A stretch of DNA of 64,000 nucleotides from an uncultured delta proteobacterium. Lineage in GTDB: Bacteria; Desulfobacterota; Desulfobacteria; Desulfobacterales; SG8-13. The first letter of the stretch is position 1. Each line of letters begins with the position of its first letter. The stretch covers positions 372,001 through 436,000 of the forward strand of contig CAWKCK010000003.1 of the NCBI GenBank assembly GCA_963848135.1, given 5' to 3'. Position numbers and translations under genes: made by a program. A model generated the notes under the pieces. The model did not search any database, had not been told where the DNA came from, and saw only the letters and a list, made by a program, of their open reading frames with translations. Positions 20,240 to 28,192 of the stretch are shown piece after piece.

Positions 20240-20833
20240 ATGAATAACGAGGACAACAAGGCCCTCACCGGCAAAGAGTTACCCCAACCGTCATCACGCG
20301 ACCTGCGGGGGCGACAGTCGGTTCGTGCCACATTTAAACTGTCATCCAGGGCCATCGAGACCATGAGTGCCGTTTCGATTCATCTCGGTATCAAGCAGAA
20401 ATCAATTTTCGATCATCTGGTCGAGGACATAAGGGCTCTCGAAATGATCGCTCGCGATGTCCAGGAAGGAAAAATAGATCTACCCAGCCGCGTTCAAAAA
20501 ACCTTCGTTCTTAGCCGCCGAACGCTGGACTGCCTTGAACGGGCGGCCAAGAATTATCAGGCATCCCGAGACGCACTTGTCGAATATTCGATCCAGCGGT
20601 TGCTGCCGGTTATTAAAAAAGAGAAAAAAAAGCACCGAATGCGTAAGGAGCTTCTGGAGCAGATCAATCTGTTCCTTGTCACCGGTGAACAAATTCTTGA
20701 TGCGGGGCAAGAAGCACTGGGGGAGGAAGATCCTGTGTTCAATGAGTTTGCCCGGGCCATGACCAACCTGATGGCTGCCCGTGAAAGTATCGCCGAATTT
20801 ATCAATAGGGGAAGAATTATCGAACGCTTTTAA
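20240..20833 (+). CDS. hypothetical protein with two ribbon-helix-helix-like repeats and a C-terminal helical hairpin
   Basis: Gapless internal repeat VRATFKLSSRAIETM...GIKQKSIF / VQKTFVLSRRTLDCL...QASRDALV; GAGAGG RBS before ATG 20240. Confidence 0.75.
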   Translation: MNNEDNKALTGKELPQPSSRDLRGRQSVRATFKLSSRAIETMSAVSIHLGIKQKSIFDHLVEDIRALEMIARDVQEGKIDLPSRVQKTFVLSRRTLDCLERAAKNYQASRDALVEYSIQRLLPVIKKEKKKHRMRKELLEQINLFLVTGEQILDAGQEALGEEDPVFNEFARAMTNLMAARESIAEFINRGRIIERF

Positions 20834-21061
20834 GAGTCAACAAGGCCCCATACGAATATGCCGATGTAAACGGCATCCCCCTTTCTTCCGGACCAGTAAA
20901 AGCCGGAACCGATAGACGCTCACACCAGGAATACCGATCTAGCCACCACCAGGCTTGACAGGGTTCATCAGATACCTACTTTGTTAAATATGGAGCCGCA
21001 GGACTGACGGCCTGGCCACGCAACCACCCGCATGTGAGACTCAATACCCCTTCAAATAACG

Positions 21062-22246
21062 ATGAATACAAAATCCGGCACAAGGTATTCGATTTCATGG
21101 AAGTCCAAGGTAGCGGACATTGATGAGTCGGCCTGGAATACGCTGGCTCTGCCGTTGAAAACTCCGCTACTGGAATGGGAATGGCTTCGCCTGCTCGAGG
21201 ACTCTGGGAGTGTCTGTCTTGAAACCGGATGGTTGCCGGTTCATCTGACAGTGTGGTCGGGTGAACGCCTCGCCGCTGCCGCTCCAATGTACATCAAAGG
21301 TCACAGCGACGGCGAATTCGTCTTCGACCATGCCTGGGCTGATGTGGCGAAGCGTCTGGGTGTCCGCTATTATCCCAAGCTATTGGGAATGAGCCCATTC
21401 TCGCCAATTGTCGGCTACCGGTTCCTGATCGATCCCGGCGAAAATCAATCGCAGATAACCCGACTGATGGTGAATGCCATAGACCAGTTCTGCCATACGA
21501 ACAGACTCAGCGGCTGCAGCTTTCTATTTGTCGACCCGGAGTGGAAGGCGCAGATGGAAGATTTGGGATTCATCAGTTGGCGGCATCAAAGCTATGCCTG
21601 GAAAAACAGGGGCTTTAAGACTTTCGAGGACTACCTGGCCCAGTTCAATACCAATCAGCGCCGAAACATCCGCCGGGAACGCCGGACTCCCAATCAGGCA
21701 GGGGTGCAAATCAAGGCTCTTACCGGTGCACAGATTCCTCAGCATCTTTTTTCGCTGATGCATGACTACTATGCCCATACCAATGACAAATTTGGACCTT
21801 GGGGGTGTAAATATCTAACGAAAAAATTCTTCGAAGGGTTGTACCATCGCTACCGCCATCGCGTACTGCTCATGGCGGCCTACGACAATCACAACCATGA
21901 TCTGCCGGTAGGACTTTCTTTTCTTTTGGTTAAAAACGACCAAATGTATGGGCGCTATTGGGGCAGTGCAAAAATGGTCAATCACCTACACTTCAATGCG
22001 TGTTATTATAGCCCCATCGAGTGGGCCATCGAAAATGCCATCTCGTGCTTCGATCCGGGGGCCGGTTCAACTCACAAAATCCGCCGCGGATTTGAGGCGG
22101 TAGCGAATCACAGCTTGCATCGGTATTACGACCCCCGCATGCTCCAGATTCTTGAAATGCATATTGACGAAATCAACTCGCTGGAGCAACGTCACATTGA
22201 AGAATTAAACGCTACGTTACCCCTTTCTAAATCTTTTCGCAACTGA
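21062..22246 (+). CDS. FemAB-like GNAT family protein (DUF482-type)
   Basis: LEDSGSV...GW.P.H, KGHSDGEFVFDHAWA, YYPKL, YGRYWG, LHFNACYY, HKIRRGF. Confidence 0.88.
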   Translation: MNTKSGTRYSISWKSKVADIDESAWNTLALPLKTPLLEWEWLRLLEDSGSVCLETGWLPVHLTVWSGERLAAAAPMYIKGHSDGEFVFDHAWADVAKRLGVRYYPKLLGMSPFSPIVGYRFLIDPGENQSQITRLMVNAIDQFCHTNRLSGCSFLFVDPEWKAQMEDLGFISWRHQSYAWKNRGFKTFEDYLAQFNTNQRRNIRRERRTPNQAGVQIKALTGAQIPQHLFSLMHDYYAHTNDKFGPWGCKYLTKKFFEGLYHRYRHRVLLMAAYDNHNHDLPVGLSFLLVKNDQMYGRYWGSAKMVNHLHFNACYYSPIEWAIENAISCFDPGAGSTHKIRRGFEAVANHSLHRYYDPRMLQILEMHIDEINSLEQRHIEELNATLPLSKSFRN

Positions 22247-22258
22247 ACCCGCTATCGG

Positions 22259-22705
22259 TTACCTTACCAGGTGGCGTATCCCGGGATTTTGAAGGTTTTC
22301 ATGTCCCAAATGCCAATTTCCCCTATCGTCCCTGACACCCTGGAGCCTCCCTTTATTTAAATATTCCTCGACGCCTTTCTCGGTCAGGTAGGTGAGTTTG
22401 CTGAATTCTGCAACGGAATAGGTCTTGCCTGGCGGCTCTGGTTGCTGTTTATTAACCTTTTCCCCGAGCGCTGTCTGGACCAGATGCACCCGGCCGGCCG
22501 ATATTGAGGTCGTCTTTTCACCGGGTGTATTCGCCAGCGCCTTAACAGCTTTGGCTTTGATTTCGTTTTTGTCGATCAACCATTTTCCGGAAACCTTGAC
22601 GCCTTTTATCTTGCCCTCTCGAACCAACCGACCCACGGCTGAGACAGAGATGCCCGTCATTTCTGAAAACTCCCGGGTTGATAAGGATGGGGATTTTTTC
22701 GTCAT
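22259..22705 (-). CDS. protein with two excisionase/MerR-like HTH domains
   Basis: LSTREFSEMTGISVSAVGRLVREGKIKG...W and YSVAEFSKLTYLTEKGVEEYLNKGRLQG...W; alternative start 22729. Confidence 0.8.
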   Translation of the reverse strand: MTKKSPSLSTREFSEMTGISVSAVGRLVREGKIKGVKVSGKWLIDKNEIKAKAVKALANTPGEKTTSISAGRVHLVQTALGEKVNKQQPEPPGKTYSVAEFSKLTYLTEKGVEEYLNKGRLQGVRDDRGNWHLGHENLQNPGIRHLVR

Positions 22706-23086
22706 CACTCGTAATCCTTTCATTCTCATCGATTATTGGAAACAGCATACCACACAGCTCTATTGGAAAGGGTATTGTATGCCTTGGTCCGGTCGGCGTC
22801 AAGAAGCATGCATTCATCGGTCGGCGCCATTAAACAAGAATTGCGATTGCCGTATATTCAACGCGATAGTGCACCAGAAGGTTGCAACGCGTCAGCGAAA
22901 ATTGCTTTTAACGATTGATACCGAATCAAGCTGATGCAAGGGTGTCTCAGCGCTGGTGGTGTCAATTTGTATCAATTCATGCTAAAGGGCAATTTTTAAA
23001 CGGTCAGGATTCGGCCGTAACGTCTGGAAACAACAACTCGAAACATCCTGAGCCTTGCCAGTGTGTCCCACCGGCTAAGATCTTAA

Positions 23087-24022
23087 ATGCAGAGACGTTT
23101 ATATTTGCAATCCACCCGTTCAAACTGGCTCCCATTTATTGCTCTCATCACGGCCATGGTTCTGTGGGCCAGTTCATTTATCGCCCTGAAACTCGCATTT
23201 CGCAGTTATCATCCGATGGTCGTTATCTTCGGCCGCTTGGGCGTTGCCAGCATTTGCTTCCTGATTTTTATGCGCCAGTTCAAGGGCACTAGACTTTACC
23301 GCGGTGATTGGAAACCGATCCTTTTTCTGTCCTTTTGTGAACCTTGCCTCTATTTCCTTTTCGAGGCCAAGGCGCTTGAACACACCACAGCTTCTCAGGC
23401 AGGCATGGTCTCAGCCCTTCTGCCCCTTATGGTCGCTATTGGTGCTCGAATCTTTTTAAAAGAAACGATAACCCTAAGAACATTGGCTGGCTTCACAATG
23501 GCCATTTGCGGGGCCGGATGGATGAGCGTGAGCGGACAACCCACTGACCATGCACCCAATCCGGTGTTGGGTAATTTTCTGGAATTCATCGCCATGATGT
23601 GTGCCGTCGGCTATATTATCACCCTGAAACGCCTTACTGCCCGATATTCTCCCTTTCTTTTGACGGCATTCCAGGCTTTTGTCGGCAGCCTGTTCTACTT
23701 CCCGATCTTATTTCTACCGTCCACCATTCTGCCGGTTCGGTTCGATTTCAGCGGGGCAATGGCCGTGGCGTACCTCGGCGCTTTCATCAGCTTCGGCGCT
23801 TATGGTCTTTACAATTTCGGACTTAGCCGCGTTCCCGCCAGTCAGGCATCGGCTTTTATCAACTTGATCCCTATTTTTTCCGTATTTTTGGGTTGGCTGA
23901 TTTTGAATGAAAAATTCACTCCCCAGCAATATATCGCCGCCCTTTTGATCCTGACCGGTATCTTTTGCACACAAAGTCAATCGATGCGACCGAATAAACG
24001 ACCGACGGTCAAACCAGAATAA
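23087..24022 (+). CDS. DMT/EamA family transporter
   Basis: About ten TM helices; LWASSF, FLKE, F.NLIP...GWLILNE. Confidence 0.92.
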   Translation: MQRRLYLQSTRSNWLPFIALITAMVLWASSFIALKLAFRSYHPMVVIFGRLGVASICFLIFMRQFKGTRLYRGDWKPILFLSFCEPCLYFLFEAKALEHTTASQAGMVSALLPLMVAIGARIFLKETITLRTLAGFTMAICGAGWMSVSGQPTDHAPNPVLGNFLEFIAMMCAVGYIITLKRLTARYSPFLLTAFQAFVGSLFYFPILFLPSTILPVRFDFSGAMAVAYLGAFISFGAYGLYNFGLSRVPASQASAFINLIPIFSVFLGWLILNEKFTPQQYIAALLILTGIFCTQSQSMRPNKRPTVKPE

Positions 24023-24115
24023 AAAATATCCTACCCTTGGGTATCTTTAAATCGGATGTTTGATGACGTTTATACCGCCTTTCAAAAAAATTCCGAAATA
24101 CGGAATGATGGTATA

Positions 24116-24168
24116 AGTGGTTGTAGAAAAAAACATTCGAATAACGGAACGTTTTTTTGACAACCACT
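24116..24168. repeat. long imperfect hairpin between convergent genes
   Basis: AGTGGTTGTAGAAAAAAACATTCG-AATAA-CGGAACGTTTTTTTGACAACCACT. Confidence 0.7.
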
Positions 24169-24363
24169 ATATGCGAACATCCACGGGTAGAGAGACTTGG
24201 ACGGCGTTCAATGAATTTTATAGACCCAAAATGGAAACGACAGCATCATATCACTTAGCACTATCGGGGATTGATGAATGCAACGGCGGCGTGATTCTTC
24301 GACATGGAACGGAAGACATGCTGGAGAAAGCAAAGCGGAATAAATTTGAGGGCCGACACCGAA

Positions 24364-24609
24364 TCAGTATATTAAATCGGCACCCTTTTGAGTCAGCCTT
24401 AGATTGGAGCCTGATCCGTTTGTGTGTTCGACCAATCCGTTTGAAACGAGTTCCTTGACGGCCTTCTTGAAGACTTTCTTTTCCTGAATATCCAAGTCTT
24501 CGACATAGTCGGTTTCCAACCATTGCGGTGGCAGTGTGTCGTTCTCTATGCCCAGCGAGCGAAATTTGTCGAGGATTTCCCTTTTGATGGTCTTTTTATC
24601 CTTGTGCAT
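24364..24609 (-). CDS. small hypothetical protein, winged-helix-like
   Basis: GGAGGAG RBS; AVKELVSNGLVE...LRLTQKG pattern. Confidence 0.8.
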   Translation of the reverse strand: MHKDKKTIKREILDKFRSLGIENDTLPPQWLETDYVEDLDIQEKKVFKKAVKELVSNGLVEHTNGSGSNLRLTQKGADLIY

Positions 24610-24820
24610 TTACTCCTCCAGTATGGCACAACCGGTTTTCGCGTACAGAGGTAGAATTTTTGTAAAACCCGGCGATTCGACAAGGTTACGGGTCAAGATT
24701 CAGTCAGCTACACTGTGGTGCAAATTCAACACATTGATATTATGTTGGATTGATATCACATTGGCGACTTTCGCGCAAACAGATATTAATATTTTGCATT
24801 TATTTACGAGCAAACGCAGG

Positions 24821-25621
24821 CTATGAAACCGGCTTCAGACTGGCCCGGATTTGAGACAACTTCTCGGGAGATGTCGCGATAAGGTGCCCCTCTATTCTCT
24901 GGCCGTTGAGGTAATCGTTCAGAAAGAAGTCCCGGCCGTCAATTCGGCAGTATTTACCGGCCGCAGCCTCGATGATCACCCGTGCCGCGGCGAGATCCTG
25001 GAAAGACTCATTGGCGACAATCGCGGCGTCTGCCCGCCCCATCGCGACGTAACAGACATGGGCCGATGTGCATCCCAACGATCTGATCTTACCCGGGAAA
25101 CTCGTGGTAAAAATGCTGTGAAAACGTGAAAAAGTCAATAATAGGCTTTCGTCGTTGATGGTCTCGATTCCGGAAACTTGGATCCGTTCATTGCCCCAAT
25201 AAGCGTTCTGCCCGGCCCGGGCATGGAACAAATCGCCGGTTGCTGGCATGAAAAAAACACCGAATACCGGCCAAAAGTTTTCGATCAGCGCGATAGAACT
25301 TCCCCATATGGGGATTCCAGCCTGGAAGTTGGCAACGCCGTCCAGGGGGTCGAATATCCATAAATAGCGCTCTTTCTCGTGTGAGTAATCGGTGCTCTCG
25401 AAGTTGTCTTTAAAGAGGTGGTGTCCAGGAAAGCGTTTCCGTAATTCGTTTTGAAAAAATTGAGACAACTGCAGTTCCGCTTCGGTGATCAGATCTTCGT
25501 CAAAACGGGTGGTTCGTCGCCCTTTGCCATAATAAAACAGGGCTTTTTCGCCGACTTCGTGGATAATATCCATTGCAAATCCGGTAAATTCCTCAATTCC
25601 ATAACCTTGCTCTACTGCCAT
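24821..25621 (-). CDS. inositol-monophosphatase family protein (atypical active site)
   Basis: WIFDPLDG.ANF, RSLG, YVAMGRAD, DLAAA..IIEAAAG; AAGGAGG RBS. Confidence 0.85.
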   Translation of the reverse strand: MAVEQGYGIEEFTGFAMDIIHEVGEKALFYYGKGRRTTRFDEDLITEAELQLSQFFQNELRKRFPGHHLFKDNFESTDYSHEKERYLWIFDPLDGVANFQAGIPIWGSSIALIENFWPVFGVFFMPATGDLFHARAGQNAYWGNERIQVSGIETINDESLLLTFSRFHSIFTTSFPGKIRSLGCTSAHVCYVAMGRADAAIVANESFQDLAAARVIIEAAAGKYCRIDGRDFFLNDYLNGQRIEGHLIATSPEKLSQIRASLKPVS

Positions 25622-25798
25622 TTGACCTCCTTGGCTTCATGTCTGCAGTGACCGGGAAAATGATGATGCGATTGAATAAGGGATGCAGCGAAGGCATCCG
25701 GTGAATGCTGGGAAAATGTCATATGATCGATGAGGTGGATGTTTCCGACGAACCGTATCCAGCAATCCGTTTGTGGACGGCAGTCCCGCATTTTGCCT

Positions 25799-26689
25799 TT
25801 AAAAATCATAGGGTGTCAGGCTCTCATAACCGTCTTCGGTGACCAGTATGGTTTGTTCATATTGAGCCGACAGTGATCCATCACGGGTCACTGCCGTCCA
25901 TCCGTCATCTAAGATTTTGAGATATTTTTCACCGAGATTAATCATGGGCTCAATGGTAAACACCATACCGGGTACCAGGGCGATGCCCTCGCCCTTTCGA
26001 CCGAAATGTGGCACTTGGGGGGGCTCATGGAATTCATACCCAACGCCGTGTCCGACAAATTCCCGAACCACCGAGCAACCCTGACGTTCAGCATATTCCT
26101 GAATGGCGAAACCGATATCACCGAGGGTATTACCAGGCATCACCTGCTCTATACCCCGCCTGAGGCATTCCTGTGCCACGGTGACTATTTTGCCGGCATC
26201 CGGACCTGGGTTGCCGACAAAATACGTTTTGTTGGCATCCGCGAAATAGCCATCCAGGATCGTTGTAATATCGACATTGACAATATCACCGTCCTGAAGT
26301 TGCCGTTCTCCGGGTATACCATGGCAGATAACCTCGTTGACCGACACACAGACGCTTTTGGGAAAGCCGCGGTAGTTCAACGGCGCTGGCGTACCGCCTT
26401 TTTTCAGGGTGTATTCATGGACCAGGGTGTTGATGGTTTCAGTGGCAGTGCCGGGGCGGATAATGTCCTCCACCAGATCGAGAGTTTCCAATACCAAATT
26501 ACCGGCCATACGGATTCCTTCGATCCCTGTGGCGTCCTTTAAACGAATTTTGTACTTTCGCTCGTAAACGGTCCCCATGCCGTTCTGCCTTTCCGGACTG
26601 TTACCAAGACAACACTTTTTGTATTTCAAACCGCTGCCGCATGGGCAGGGGTCGTTCCGTCCAACTTTTAAATTTGTCATTATCTTCAT
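25799..26689 (-). CDS. map: type I methionine aminopeptidase with N-terminal SEC-C motif
   Basis: [56 protein letters not shown]. Confidence 0.95.
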   Translation of the reverse strand: MKIMTNLKVGRNDPCPCGSGLKYKKCCLGNSPERQNGMGTVYERKYKIRLKDATGIEGIRMAGNLVLETLDLVEDIIRPGTATETINTLVHEYTLKKGGTPAPLNYRGFPKSVCVSVNEVICHGIPGERQLQDGDIVNVDITTILDGYFADANKTYFVGNPGPDAGKIVTVAQECLRRGIEQVMPGNTLGDIGFAIQEYAERQGCSVVREFVGHGVGYEFHEPPQVPHFGRKGEGIALVPGMVFTIEPMINLGEKYLKILDDGWTAVTRDGSLSAQYEQTILVTEDGYESLTPYDF

Positions 26690-26888
26690 TTGATCCCATT
26701 TCAGTTTTTCGTATATTATTGCCGGACATAACCCTCAGGCTAATAAAAGCGATATATGATGCTTTGCTGCTGAAATCAATGTAAATTTAAGCCCCAACAT
26801 ATCCAGTGCTGATACACGCTTATAGTGGATCCGTTTATGCGCCGCCGGCAATGATAATATCTCGAAAACCTGACTCTGCTACCACATT

Positions 26889-27854
26889 TCAGGATCCGGT
26901 CGTGATATTGACCTTCTCTTTAATTGGATCCTGATAACCCTGTTTGGCCGCAAATCCGACCCAGCCGTCGAGAGTCTCAATGGCCAGAATGTCAAATTGC
27001 CGCTTTCGCATGGCCAGGACAACCCGTTCTCTATGCTGCGGAATGATGCCGGAACAAATAAATATTCCCCCCTGTTCCATTACACGGTGCAGGTCGTCGA
27101 TAAGCTCTATAATGACGTTGGTGAGAATGTTGGCGACCACGATATCAAAGCGTCTCGATACCGCATTCAACAAGTGGCTCAGGATGGTCAGGCAACGCTC
27201 CGGCTGAACCCCGTTTCGGACCAGATTCTCGGCAGCAATCGACAGCGCCGCTTCATCTGTATCAACGGCAACAATCGACCCGGCACCATATTTGGCCGCT
27301 GCGATGGAAAGAATTCCAGACCCCGTGCCAACATCCAAAAACGTGCTGCCTTTAACCATGAACGCTTGAATCAACCGGAGGCATAATATGGTGGTCGGGT
27401 GGGTACCGGTGCCAAAAGCCATCCCCGGATCAATATCAATAACCATGGTTCCAGGGTCCGCGATCACACTTTCCCAAGATGGTTTTATGATCAGGTCCCG
27501 GCTGACCTTCACGGGCCTGAAAAATTCTTTCCAGGATTCAGCCCAATCTTCTTCGTCGATTTCACGATATTTCAACTTTATGTCGAAATCGTTATCCTCG
27601 CTGAGGTGCTTCTGCTGCTGGTAAAGTCTCGCAAGACGTTCGTGGCCACTTTTACTTACCGGTAGGTATCCGGTAACCGCAGGGCGATCAGGACGCTCGA
27701 CAGCGTTCTCTGCCCAGCCTTCGAACGGTGTCAGTTCAGGATCCTCGATCACAACACCGGTTGACCCCAGGTCATAGAATACACTTGCGATCAAGTCGGT
27801 CACCTGATCACCGTGGCTGCCGTGAATTTCGATTCTAACTTCTATCCATTTCAT
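26889..27854 (-). CDS. prmA: ribosomal protein L11 methyltransferase
   Basis: Typical N-domain, EEDWAESWK, DPGMAFGTGTHPTT, DVGTGSGIL, ANIL. Confidence 0.92.
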   Translation of the reverse strand: MKWIEVRIEIHGSHGDQVTDLIASVFYDLGSTGVVIEDPELTPFEGWAENAVERPDRPAVTGYLPVSKSGHERLARLYQQQKHLSEDNDFDIKLKYREIDEEDWAESWKEFFRPVKVSRDLIIKPSWESVIADPGTMVIDIDPGMAFGTGTHPTTILCLRLIQAFMVKGSTFLDVGTGSGILSIAAAKYGAGSIVAVDTDEAALSIAAENLVRNGVQPERCLTILSHLLNAVSRRFDIVVANILTNVIIELIDDLHRVMEQGGIFICSGIIPQHRERVVLAMRKRQFDILAIETLDGWVGFAAKQGYQDPIKEKVNITTGS

Positions 27855-28192
27855 ATGGCTCTTCGGTATGTATATTGCATATTTTATGCCTTTTCAACCG
27901 CTTGGCGCGGTCTGTAAATATCTGAGTGCGGTTAGCCGCATCACTTCTGCGTATGCGCCGCGCTGGTTTAATGACTGTTTTACATTACCTTTTGTCAAGG
28001 TTTTGACAGCACAATCGTTTTTTCAGAAGCGCCGATATACCTGAATACGGCAAGAAATACGGGCGGTCAATCTGATCTGCTGTTATGGAAAGGTGCTTGA
28101 TCCCGCGATAGCGGAATTTGACCCCGCTACCAATGAAAATGCTCTTGATGGTTTAAAGCTGACAATACCAGGGTACACGTCTTAAGGCAAAG

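Noticed and set aside
22259..22705. Prophage or ICE excisionase
   Set aside because: No integrase, att/tRNA site or phage genes in the window.
24255..24263. CIRCE half-site TTAGCACTA
   Set aside because: No second arm and not upstream of a chaperone gene.
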